Position numbers and translations under genes: made by a program. A DNA stretch of 64,000 nucleotides from Leucoraja ocellata (lineage: Eukaryota). The DNA lies in contig JAWMAR010001524.1 of assembly GCA_036785375.1 (NCBI GenBank), forward strand, positions 124,001 to 188,000, read 5' to 3'. Every line of letters starts with the position of its first letter. Within the stretch, counting starts at the first letter, position 1. The notes under the pieces were generated by a model. That model was given only the letters and a program-made list of their open reading frames with translations, was not told the origin of the DNA and searched no databases. This document shows positions 51,862 through 64,000 of this stretch, piece by piece.

Positions 51862-52085
51862 TTTAAGGTCCCTGGAGATGATGGGAACTTAAATAACTCC
51901 ACAGATGTGACTGTGGTGTTGTTGATGGTGAGTGGGGGGAGGGGAGGGGGAGCTCTCCTAAAGTCTACAATCAATTCCACTGTCTTAAGAGCATTGAGCT
52001 CCAGGTTGTTGCGATGGCACCAGACACCAGCTGTGTCGCGTCCTGTCTGTAGGCAGATTCCTCCCCCATCCTGGATCAGTCCAAT
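51862..52085 (-). mobile_element. Rex1/Babar RT C-terminal fragment
   Basis: WCHRNNLELNALKTVELIVDFRR..PLTINNTTV matches 60250-60480. Confidence 0.88.
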
Positions 52086-52769
52086 GGGGGTGGTTGCTGG
52101 CCATGAAGGACAGGGGCCTAGGTGGTGGAGTTGGGGAGTTTTGGTGGTAAGTGGTTGATTGGACAGGAGCAACCAAGCAGTCAAATGGTTCAGCGAGGGT
52201 TGTGCTGGGTGAGGTGGATGGCAGCCCAACCATCTAAAGGTGGGGTGGTGTTGGACAGCAGTCAAAGAACAAGTTCAAGCCATCTGTTCTGGTAAACCTA
52301 TGATTTTGCATCTTCTTATCAGAACTACTTGATTAGTATGGGTGTCGGAGGTTATGGAGAGCAGGCAGGAGAATAAACAAGGAGGCAAACCAGAAGAAAC
52401 GTGTGCGCAAAGTACATGGAGGAGCAATGTGTTAACAACTTGCAACGCAGTTTCTCCCCGACTTTCACGTGCTTAGAACTTCACACCTCTCACATTTCCA
52501 CACGCCCTCTCCCCACACAATCCTTCACACCCTTTCCCTCTGCCCACACACACTCCAACTTCACATCCTCTTCTTACACACACTCATTCACACCCTTTCC
52601 CTCTCTCCACATGCCCCATCTTCACATCCTCTCCCTCTCCCCACACACTTCATCACACCCTCTCCCCCCCCCCCCCCCCCCTGCACTCTCCATCATCACA
52701 TCCCCTCCTTTTCCATACACTCTCCACACCCTCTCCAGCGTTCTGCCTTCTCAGCACAGTAAAGGTATA

Positions 52770-55110
52770 ATATAGGACTACGTACTTGCTGAATGGTAAT
52801 TGACAAAGCTGAGTAATCTGACAACCTCTGGATCCACTCGGAGATCTGCAGTCAGGCCACATTGAGTGTTGATGAACAGTAAAAGAACTAATGCCTGGAG
52901 GAGACTCCAAAAACATCCCCATCCTCAGCATGTAAGTACTTGAGACAAGGATTCAAACAACATTCCGACAAACTGCCATTCCCAGTTTCCTCCTGAGATC
53001 TCCGCTATCATGGAGCCAATCTTCCGCCTATTCCATTCACTCCACATAATTTCCACAAACAGCTGCAGCACTTAATACATCAAAGTCTATGGCTGCAACA
53101 ACATCCCATCCGCAGTACTGGAGACCTGCACTCCAGAACAAGTCGTGTATCAAGACAAACTGTCTCTGGACTGATTAACTCAGTCATCGACCTGAAAATG
53201 TGGAAAATTGCCCAGCTATGTCCTGTTCTCAAAAACTAGGACAAATCCAATTCATTTAATTGCCACCCGATCAATCTACTCTCAAATATTAATGAATAGG
53301 TGTAACAGTGCTTTGAAGTAATACTCACCAATAACTAATTCACTGATGCAAAGCTCCATCTGCCCCTAATGGTTCTACCTATCACCTACCAGCCTCTATC
53401 ATATTGCCCTTTGTACTTCTCTATATAACAATCTTTCCTGTCACCTGGACTGATTGGAATTGTCAGTCTACACCTTTAGCTTCCACAGATGTTCCTTGAC
53501 TTGTTGAATTCTTCTAGCCTTTTTCTTTGTTTGGATTTTGCAAGGACTACCAATCTCCAGACCTTGGTTCAAACATTGACCAGGGAACTATATTTTAGGG
53601 GTTAGGTGGGGATGGCTGCCCTTGACATCAAACCAACATTTACATAAGTATGGCATCAATAAGCCCTGGTAAAGCTGAAGTTTATGGGCATCAAGTGAAA
53701 ACACACCCTGAGTGGTTGAAGTCATACTTGCAAAAGGGAATAGATTGTTATTGGAGGCCATCAACTGCAGGAATTCCCCAGGGCAGTCCACAGGACCCAT
53801 CCATTTTCAGCTGTTCCATCAACGTCCTTTCTTCCATCATAAGGTCTGGTGGGAATGTTCACTGATGGTTGCACCATGTTCAGTTCCATTCATAACTCCT
53901 CAGCAAATGAAGCAGTCCTCAAGCAACGAGATGCCAGGTAACATTTGTGCCACACATGTGCCAGGCGATGGCCATCCTTCGACAAGAGTGAGTCTTAGCT
54001 ACTTAACTTGACATTCTTAGTCCTAAAGATGGATCCTCGACCTGAAACATTAACTCTATTTCTATTCCACAGATGCTGCCTGAAATACTGAATATTTCTT
54101 GCAATTTCCATTTTTATTTTCCTTAGCATTCAACGGCAATGAGTCGCCATCAACATCCTGGGATCATTATTGACCAAACTCTCAACAGGACCAGCCTCAT
54201 AAATTCTGTATCTGCAAGAGAAGGCCCGAGGTTTGGAGGAAAGCAGCAAATAACTCACCTCCTGACTCCCCAATGTCTCGCTGCCATCCTCAAGACACAC
54301 ATTTGGAGTGGATGAGTGCAACTTTAAACAACGCTCAAGAATCTTGGCACCGTCCAGGAAAAGCATCCCATGTAATGTCCCATGTACACCCAGAGAGTTG
54401 TGAATTTATGGAATTCCCTGCCACAGAGGGCAGCGGAGGCCAAGTCACTGGATGGATTTAAGAGAGAGTTAGATAGAGCTCTGGGGGGTAGTGGAGTCAA
54501 GGCATGTGGGGAGAAGGCAGGCACGGGTTATTGATAAGGGACAATCAGCCATGATCACAATGAATGGCTCGAAGGGCCGAATGGCCTCCTCCTGCACCTA
54601 TTTTCTATGTTTCTATGTAATTGGCTCCCCTTTGACAACCCTAACATTCATTCTCTCCAGGTTGGTCAACCTTGGATTGTTTTCTCTGGAACTTCGGAGG
54701 TTGAAAGACCTGATAAAAGTTTATAAAAGTATAAGGGGCCAAAGATCCTGTTCCTGTGCTGTTCTGTGTTAACTGCACATCTACAGAATGCACTTTGGTT
54801 ATTTGCTCAAGCTACTCCAACAGCACCTCCCAAGCTCATCTCCTCTGTCACCAGGAAGGTCAAGGGCAGCAGGTGCAAGTGAACGACTCCAACTCCAAGT
54901 TCCCTCCAAATTCCACACCACCCTGACTTGGAAATGTATCACAGGTCCTCCTTTGCTGTGTTTAATTTCTGGAACTCCTCTAACAGTGCTGGGCAGGAGT
55001 ACCTTTACCAAAAGGACAGCAGGAGTTCAAAAGGCAGTTTATCCTTTCTTTACCAAAGGCAATTGGGGATGGTACATAATGTTGGTCCTGCCTGCACTGC
55101 CTAGATCCAG
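52770..55110 (+). mobile_element. Decayed CR1-group LINE with nested HER1 tail (about 54385-54617) and Penelope repeats
   Basis: ALDIK, GIPQGS..PSIFSCSIN, MFTDGCT (FADD-like) remnants. Confidence 0.7.
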
Positions 55111-56201
55111 AAAATATATATTTTTAATATCTTACTATGAATAGAAACTGCTGGAAACTCAGGAGGTCAGGTGATGATTAAGGAATGAGAACCATAGTTA
55201 ACACGTGAAGTTTCTTTTTCATCACAATCCCTTAGTACATATTGTCCCACCAGCGGGACTGATCTGCCAGCTGTGGAAGTACAAGGGTATGCAGATGGGA
55301 GGGAGCAACCCTTGGACTCCTCAACTTATGAAGACTCATAACCCGAGGTCGTCCTTCTCAAACTTTGCCACTCCCTGCACACAATTCCCCCTTCTTATAC
55401 ACTGCAGTCTCTCCACACGCTGCCTCCTTAATGTACCCTCACACTCTATCCACACACTTTCTCATTAACATATTCTGCACTCTCTGCTCACACTTCCTCC
55501 TTCACACACTCTGCACACACTTCTTGCTTCATGTACCTACCCATTCTCTGCACACTCTTTCTATTTTACCTACTCCTCCACTCCAGGCATGTTTTTGCTT
55601 TCACATGATTAATTGACTTACAAGGCAAATAATCCCAAATGGAAAAGGGAAGTCGAAGGTAATCCTAGATCAAAAGCAAAAGGCTTACAATTGTCAAGAG
55701 AAGCCATAAAGTTGAGGTTTGGGAAATTTTGAAATAAGCAAAGAGGGAACAAGACATTGATAGGGTAAATAGAATGTGAGGAACATCAAAGCAAACTCCA
55801 ACAGGTTTAATCAACATGTAGAAAGGAAACGATTAGCCAAAAGTACCATATCCCTCATCAATTGAGGCAGGGGAAATGATAATGTAGAATAAGGAAGTAG
55901 CAGAGAAATGAAACAAATTTGTGTAACCATGCTGAAGGAAAACACAGATGTAAAAGCATAGAACAATAGGTTGGATTGCAAGTGAATAAGTGAATAATGC
56001 AATTTTTTTGCATTATTGGGATTAGGCAATAGACAATAGACAATAGGTGCAGGAGTAGGCCATTCGGCCCTTCGAGCCAGCACCGCCATTCAATGTGATC
56101 ATGGCTGATCATCCGCTATCAGCACCCCGTTCCTTCCCCATCTCCATATCTCTTAACTCCGCTATCCATAAGCGGATTGCCAGTCAGTAAACCTCCAGAC
56201 C

Positions 56202-56388
56202 TAAGATAGACATAAAAAGCTGGAGTAACTCAGTGAGTCAGACAGCATTTCTGGAGAAAAGGAATATGTGATGTTTTGGGTCAAGACCTTTCTTCAAACT
56301 GAAGTCAGCGGCTGTCTGACCCGCTGAGTTACTCCAACCTTTTGTGTCTATCTTCGGTTTAAACCAGCATCTGCAATTCCTTCCTACA
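56202..56388. repeat. Penelope pLTR-derived palindromic repeat
   Basis: AAGATAGACA..CTGGAGTAACTCAG ... CTGAGTTACTCCA..TGTCTATCTT inverted arms. Confidence 0.8.
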
Positions 56389-57811
56389 AACCTCCAGACC
56401 TGATGTCCATATGGCACGAAGCTCGTGATCATCTTGCAAAATTTCACACATTCCAAGATAGTTCCTACAGATTTAAAGGGATGTTTGTAAATGTTTTTTT
56501 TAAGGAATGTGGGAGAAAGAAAACTTGAAATTGTAGACCAGTTAGCCTGGCATCAGAAAGAAGGAAAAAGTTGGAATCCTTTTTCACAAATTACTTAGAA
56601 AAAGGTAAAAGGATTACAATCAACCTGGATTCAAAAAATTAAATCATGTTTAATTGGAACTCCTTGAGTTTGTGTCTATATTTGGATGCTTCCTCTGGAT
56701 GAGTATCTAGAATCATGGGTTACATTAAATAATGGGTCAGCCTTTCAGGATAGAGATGTGAAAAGATTCCTTCACTTGGTGAATCATAATTAGAGAGTTG
56801 TTTAACACAGAAACAGTCCTTCACCCCACGTAGACCTTATTGCTCATTTATACTAATCATGTTTATCCGCAATTGGACCTATCCTTCTATGCAATGCCTA
56901 TTTATGTCTGAATGCCATTTCAATGCAGTGATTATATCTGATTCTACCACCTCCCCTTGCACCGCATTCCAGGTATCAACCAAATCTAAAAAAATACCTG
57001 GAGGATCACCTTTAAATCTCCCTCCTTACAATCTCTGCCCTTTTGTTTTAATATCCCTGCCATGGAAAAAAAGATTGTGATGATCTACCCTGTCTATGCT
57101 CCTCATAATCTTGTAGGTTATTCCTCAACCTCCTTCACTCCAGGGGAAGCGAGCCAGTGTCCCCAGAAGGGCTGTGGAAGCTCAGTCACTGTAGTCCAGA
57201 CAGCTGGATAGATTTGGATAATGAAGTAATCAAGGGGTGTGGGGTTAGTGCAGGAAAGTGGTGCTGAGGCAGTCTGTGTTGTGCTCATCACATTCTCTGC
57301 GAACCCTCACAAACTCTGCTGCTTTGAAATGCCAGGCTGGGACATAACATTGAAATGCCAGGCTGGGACATAACATTGCTCGGTAATGGAGACAGGTTGG
57401 TGGAGAACCTTAGTCTCCCAGATGCTCGATGTAACACCCATACTCTCATTCACCGGAGCTTAACAGATGAGCTCAACACACAAGCCAGCATTATCTGCAG
57501 TTGGTGTCATCGCCTTCAATACAATTCAATGGCGGGATAACATTTGCACCATTGGATTGTTGGATGGTAGAATCAACATGGCAGAGAGAAGGCTTAAGGA
57601 ACCAGGTGGCTTACTCCTGGTCCTCCTTCCCTGTGTTCTTGTGAGAAAGATTGAGAAGGGAGTTGCTGTAAAAACACTGCTTTGTTCAGGCACTATTTGC
57701 ATAGGGATCGAGGCTTTGGTGGATCAGCTAGTGAGGATGATGACGTATGCCATCCTTTACCCAACATACAATTGTAATGAATTTCAGGCAGGTCTCCATA
57801 ATTGTTCTTAG

Positions 57812-60800
57812 TTGCGTGTAGCTGCAGCTGTTGGCGCCGACAGTGGCGGCCACGGTGTACTGCTCCTTGCTGTTTTGTATGTGTTTGTCCGTTTGTGTCA
57901 TCTGTGAAAATCCTACAAAGATTACTTTCACGGGAGAGGTACTCATAAACATCGGACAAACGGTACCTCCAAACATCGTTCCGGATTTCTCTCACTCGCT
58001 GGATTATTTGGACATACTCATCGGCAGGGCTGTGGTTACGTTCAAGGTCTTGAGACGGAGGAGGACCCGTGGGAAGCGCCTGGAGTACTCACCCGACTCC
58101 GGCGACGAGGATCACGCACACCACTCCCCGAGCATATTCCTGGCAAACGTACGTTTTCTCAATAACAAAGTGGACGAACTGCAACTCCTGCATCGGACAA
58201 GCAAGGACTTCTCCTGAGCTGCTGCCCTGTGCTTCACCAAGACCTGGCTGTGTGAGTCGACCCCGGACAGCGCGCTGCAACTGGCTGGCTTCCAACTACA
58301 TAGAGCGGACCGCGAAATGGAGGCAGCGGGGAGATCAAGAGGCGGTGGAATATGCTTCTATACCAACCAGGACTAGCACAGCGACATCACGGTACTGTCA
58401 AATTTCTGTTCTCCCAACCTAGAATCCCTCTTTATAAACTGCAAACCTTCTACTGCCTGAGGGAATTTAACTCCTTTATTCTCACTGGAGTTTAACATTC
58501 CCCCCCAAGGCTGCGTACGTGAGGCACAAACGCAACTCGCTGAGCAGGTAATGAGGGTAGAGAGTGAATTCCAGGACTCCATGGTCATTGTTTTGGGGGA
58601 CTTTTACAAAGCTAACCTCGGCCGTGACCTTCAAAAATACAGACTTCATGTTACCTGCCCCACCAGAGGGGAGAGAACACTTGATCACTGTTACACGGCA
58701 ATCAAGAACGCATATCGCTCTGTTCCCCGGGCGGGTCTGGGTCTCTCTAATCATTGTCTAGTTCACCTTATTCCGACCTACAGGCAGAAACTAAAAGCTG
58801 CTAAGCCTGTGGTCAGAACAACAAAAAGGTGGACAAGCGAGGCCATTGAGAACCTACAATCCTGCTTTGACTGCACGGATTGGAACGTGTTCAGGGAAGC
58901 AACCACACGCCTCGATGCGTATACGGACACTGTATCATCATATGTCAGCTTTTGCGAGGACAACAACAAGCCCTGGTTCACTGCAGAGCTCAGACAGCTC
59001 CGACGGTCTAAAGAGGAGGCTTACAGGAGGGGGGATGCGGACCTCTACAGGCAGGCCAAGTACAAGCTGAGAAGTGGAATCAGAGCTGCCAAGGAAAGGT
59101 ACTCTGGGAACTTGAGGAGCAAGTTCTCAGCTAGTGATTTCTTCAGTTTGGAAGGGCTTGCAAGAAATTACCAGCTATAAGAGGAAAGCCCCCCCCCCCA
59201 CTCTTTGTACAATCGTCAGCTGACCAACGACCTGAATGAGTTTTACTGCAGGTTTGAAAATCAGAAACGTAACCCTGGTACCCCCTCCCCAACCAACGCA
59301 GCCAGACCCCAGTCTGCAAAGACTGGACCCTGCACCCTCACCTTCCCATTCACCACTTCACACCTACTTAAGGCAAGACTCCGGTATGAAAAGACGGGAC
59401 CATTTCCCACCCCAACCAACACTTCACACCACTCACAGCCTGACCTCAGTCTGCAAAGACTGGGCCCTTCTACACCCACCCCACTCCACACCCAATCACC
59501 CACACCCTCTGTGCTGCACAACATCACTTATCCAATATCAACAATAAAAATAGAGGAGGTGGAGAGGCTTTTCAGAAGACAAAAAAGCCGGAAATCTCCA
59601 AGACCTGACCATGTTTCCCCCTTGTCTCTTAAGCTCTGTGCCAAACAGCTGGCACCGGTCTATACAGACATTTTTAACCAGTCCCTGCAAACATGTACTG
59701 TCCCTGCCTGCTTCAAAGTCTCCACTATTGTCCCTGTACCAAAAAAGGCAAAGATGACTTATCTTAATGACTACAGGCCTGTCACACTGACCTCTGTAGT
59801 CATGAAGACACTCGAAAGGCTTGTGCTGGCCAAGCTGAAAAATATCACGATACTATGCTGTTTGCATATCGGGCCAATAGATCTGTGGATGATGCAGTCA
59901 ACCTGGGCCTGCACTTCATCCTACAGCACCTAGATGGCCAGGGGACCTATGCGAGAATCCTGTTTGTTGATTTTAGTTCTGCATTCAACACCATTGTGCC
60001 AGAGCTACTACACTCCAAATTTTCCAAGTTGACTGTGCCTGAACCCCTCTGTCGGTGGATCGCCAGCTTCCTGAGAGACAGGAAGCAGCATGTGAGGCTG
60101 GGAAAGCACATCTCGGACCCGCAAACCCTCAGCATAGGAGCACCGCAAGGCTGCGTACTCTCTCCTCTCCTCTATTCTCTCTACAACAACGACTGCACCT
60201 CCACAGACGCCTCTGTCAAGCTTCTCAAGTTTGCGGACGACACAACCCTGATTGGACTGATCCAGGATGGGAAGGAATCTGCCTACAGACAGGAAGTGTC
60301 ATAGCTGGCGTCCTGGTGCCATCACAACAACCTGGAGCTTAATGCTCTTAAGACAGTGGAATTGATTGTAGACTTTAGGAGAGTTCCCCCTCCCCTCACC
60401 CCACTCACCATCAACAACACCACAGTCACATACGTAGAGTCTTTTCAGTTCCTGGGAGCCATCATCTCCAAAGACTTTAAATGGGGGCTACCATCGACTC
60501 CACAGTCAAAAAGGCACAACAGAGGATGTACTTCCTACGGCAGTTGAGGAAGCACAATCTGCCACAGGCAATGATGGTCCAATTCTACATGGCCATAGAG
60601 TCTGTTCTCACCTTCTCCATTATGGTCTGGTTTGGCTCAGCCACCAAGCACGACACCTGGAGGCTGCATCGAATTGTCTGATCAGCAGAGAAGGTTATTG
60701 GCTGCAACCTTCCCTCCATTGATGAACTGTACACTGCAAGGGCCAGGAAGCGAGCGGGCAAGATCATCTCTGACCCCTCTCACCCTGGCCACAGACTCTT

Positions 60801-61112
60801 TGAATCACTTCCCTCTGGAAGGCAACTCCGGACTGTCCACGCTGCCACAGCCAGACATAAAAACAGTTTTTATCCACGAGTAGTTGTTCTACTCAACTGC
60901 CAAAAATCTAAAGCCTCCCTTTGATCTGGTATTTTGTTGTGTCACGTGCTTGATCAATGGTGTTTTATTAATGTATTATTATTATTATTATTATTATTAA
61001 TGTTTAGTGTTTTATGAGTCATTCGTAACTGTCACTGTATGTCATGTTGTCACTTGTGGGCAGAGCACCGAGGCAAATTCCTTGTATGTGAATACTTGGC
61101 CAATAAACTTAC
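57812..61112 (+). mobile_element. Near full-length Rex1/Babar-type LINE (APE + RT), inactivated
   Basis: SIFLANVR..NKVDEL, VLGDF, CPTRGERTLDHCY, SNHCLV (APE); NDYRPV, FAYRANRSVDDA, LFVDFSSAFNTI, GAPQGCVLSPLLY, KFADD (RT); several stops and frameshifts; AATAAACTTAC tail. Confidence 0.93.
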
Positions 61113-62248
61113 TTTCTTTTGTCTTATTTACTTAGTAGAAGGAACTGAAGAAACACATGTTCAATGCCTGGTATCCTCTCATACCATGAAGCCATGACTC
61201 ATGCCTTACAGAGACAGGCATATGGACTGGTAGTTACTGATAGAGTGGGAGCCAGAACTGGATGGTTGCGGACAGATAGGCAGTTATAGGCAGGCAAAGG
61301 CTAGCACGGAGAGTGGGATGGGCAGTTAGAGACAGACAGAATGTAGCACTGCATGTAACACATGGATAGAATAGAGACATGTAGCAACATATTGGCTACA
61401 TAACAGGTAAGATAATATAAAATATTTTATATCCAGTGCATTATACCAGCATGCGCTTTCTGTATATTATTTTCCAAATAGTTATTTGCACAAAGTGAAA
61501 ATGATATCTCAGCTCCTGTCTGTCAACAGGAGTGACACCATGATTCCATGCTGTGTAGCTTCAATAAATAAAGCTCAGGGCACACAGCTTGCTGCTTCAG
61601 AAACATGGTTCTCTCCTAGCTATGGAGGTGAGCACTTTCACTTCATTGTCCCTGCATCTAATGAGAGGCCTGGTGCTTGCAGAGTTGTGAGTGCACTAAC
61701 AGGTTAACAGCATTTTCAGGAACTGTGCTTTTCAGGAAACTTATTCTCAGTTCTGCTGCCATCTTTATTGAGCTGTAATTCACCAAGCAGAAAGGACTGC
61801 AAACAGTTCTATCCAATACCTTTTTCTAGCTGTAAGTATTAATGAGCAGCTGTCAGTGCTCCTGCCTTCTCCTCTTCAGCGATCATCAGTCGGAGCAGTC
61901 TGCACTTCCCGTCATTCCCTGCCTCTTCTGAGAGTAATCAGCAGGCGAATGTTGATGTGCCTCAGAGCTTGTTCTGCTCCGCTGCTGAAGTAAAGCTTCA
62001 AGCCAAGGCTGCAATTTGAAGCAGCATTTGTGCTGATTGGACCTTGTTGAACTCCAGCCAGCTTGCTGATTGCTACAACTTCTCACTACCTGGCTCACAC
62101 AATGGAAGTGGGAAGGAGCGGGGATTTTATTGAAGAGTGAGGTGCTGAACTATACAGACACCTCAAGGTGACTTTGTGGATATTTTTTCAGAAAGAAGCT
62201 GGCAAATTTTCTGCAAGACAGTTGTCGATAGTGGTCAACAAATAAATA

Positions 62249-62590
62249 CAGGTGGAAACTCTCTAGTCCGGCAGCTTTGGGACAACAGAAATCCAGACCA
62301 CAAAACATCCAGACCACAGAAATTGCACCCGATCATCGTCCTCTGAGCAAGAGAAACGTTATTTTTAAGTGTAGACACTCCTTGGGCCACAAAAGTTATG
62401 AGAACTGACATCACCCAAATTTTCCATGTCAGAAACATTGTCAGTTGAGATCACAAAAGTTGTACAGGTTGGTTAATTAGTTGCAGATTAGTACAGATTA
62501 AATCGTAGTTAAATCTTGATTAGAATTAATTAATTAGTACAGATCTGTACTACAGATTCAAAATACGCCAGACCAGAGACTTTTAACATA
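62249..62590. mobile_element. Old Tigger-like MITE
   Basis: TA|CAGGTGGAAACTCTCTAGTCCGGC with a degenerate inverse GCCAGACCAGAGACTTTTAACA. Confidence 0.45.
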
Positions 62591-64000
62591 TATTACAATG
62601 AGAAAGTTTGGAAATAAAAGCAAAATTAAGCAAAATTGCACCATTGGTGCCATAAATCACTGACTGTACTCCGAAGGACAATGTATGTGGCACCGTACCA
62701 TCTGTTAGGGTGCTATGGGTGATCTTCTTCCAATTTGGGCCCAGACATGTGTACACACATCAGGTCCCAGATATTGGGAGGGAAGATATTCTAGTCATTT
62801 GTGCCAAAGTCTGCAGTCACAGCAACCAGGAGACATTACATTCTGCCTGATAAAATTGAATGCTAAATATATCTTTCAGCATTTTAGTATCATGACACAG
62901 GCAGGAAACACTTTAGGGAGATTCAAGCAAGAGGTTTGAACGTAGGCAGACTGCACTGATTTAGTTATTGATTTTGGTACACAGGAGCTAATTAACTGCA
63001 AACACAATGCATTCCTGGACGAACAGTTCCTCTGTGCCAAGGAAGGCAAACAGCTCCACAGGCTCCTGAAGGCTGAAAGCCAACAGAAAACCTGTGGCCT
63101 AGGGAACAGATGGTGAATGGGAAGAATGTAGAAGAACCAGCAACTCATTGCCAACCACAACAGCTGCAGGTTCTGCAGCCCAGTCAAGGCATCTACGGGC
63201 CAAACATCAAAAGGCCCAACCACTGAGAGGTGAGAATGGAGATGAACTTATCACAGAGAGAGGCAATCAGTGCCCCAAGAAGGAACACAAGATCACTTCC
63301 ACCCTGACTTTGTCTTTAATGTGAGTTTCCTTGATCCATCTGCAGCATTATACCCGGTCTAACCTTTCCACCACTCCTGACTGACAACCAGTTGAGAATA
63401 TAACTTGCCAGCTGAAAGACCACAAGTCCAGGCAGTAGCTGATGTTTCAAAACTTGATGCTGAGGAACGTCATTCACAAATTCACAATCTCAAATCCCAT
63501 GTCTGGGAGGAGGAGACTCAGAAATGTCTTAATCATGACCATCTTAAAGACAGGAAACTATACTGATGTCAATAACCACAAAGGGCTCTGTCAATTCAGA
63601 GTGACTGTGGAGCATCCTCATCCAATGGGGCTGTCTGCTGAGATGTGTCACCATCTTATGTCTGCAGATGATGGCATGCAAGCCACAATCATGTGAGCCA
63701 CAATCGTATCCATCGGGTACATAGCCGGCCAAATCTCAGCACTGACCACTGTTAAACAAAGCTGGGTCATCACCTGAACACTTTTCTCAATTATAGTCAC
63801 CTCATTGCTGCACCTCAGCTCACCTCCAACAAGCTTCCCACTGGAGTGAGCTGTGACACTGCCCCCACTCTGGAATCTCAGCATCCACAAGATGTAAGGT
63901 CTTCCAACTCCACATCGTTCATCATGTCTGACATCAAACTCCAAAGGCAGGATTTCAATTCTAAGCTCTGACATGGCAAGGGAATGTTAGTTGGCAAGAG

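Noticed and set aside
57324-57378. Exact 26-bp tandem duplication
   Set aside because: Ordinary slippage event with no sign of function
57831-57845. TGGCGCCGACAG resembling a tRNA-Lys primer-binding site
   Set aside because: Short imperfect match at the 5' end of a non-LTR element; no LTRs or gag/integrase
61880-61993. Candidate next CACNA2D2 exon
   Set aside because: Translation lacks the expected F..DPNF..VN....VQIPTDIYKG motif and terminates

Overview
This is repeat-dense vertebrate DNA, almost certainly from a cartilaginous fish (skate/ray-like, inferred from the HER1/CR1 tails, V-SINEs and Penelope repeat family). The window lies inside the calcium-channel subunit gene CACNA2D2 on the + strand. 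Two small coding exons are recognisable: 16035-16094 (RLAKAAELFQKEHRWQDDIK) and 49646-49690 (ERDVLYFDAKAGTSD), separated by a 33.55-kb intron. Neither exon is in the supplied ORF track. The rest is intronic and filled with decayed mobile elements: CR1/HER1 LINEs, V-SINEs, Penelope-like elements with hammerhead-ribozyme-like motifs, a near full-length Rex1/Babar LINE, a HERO (RLE) retrotransposon, Tx1 and RTE fragments, a Tc1 left end, Harbinger, hAT and pogo/Tigger MITEs, and a probable non-autonomous Helitron. Nearly all listed ORFs are TE fragments or chance frames. I see no convincing wholly new biological system. The most unusual items are (1) a GC-rich module shared between a foldback DNA-MITE and LINE-tailed retroposons in a four-level nest at 33-37 kb and (2) dispersed palindromic hammerhead-bearing Penelope repeats. 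Repeat boundaries were read by eye and are approximate unless a TSD is quoted.
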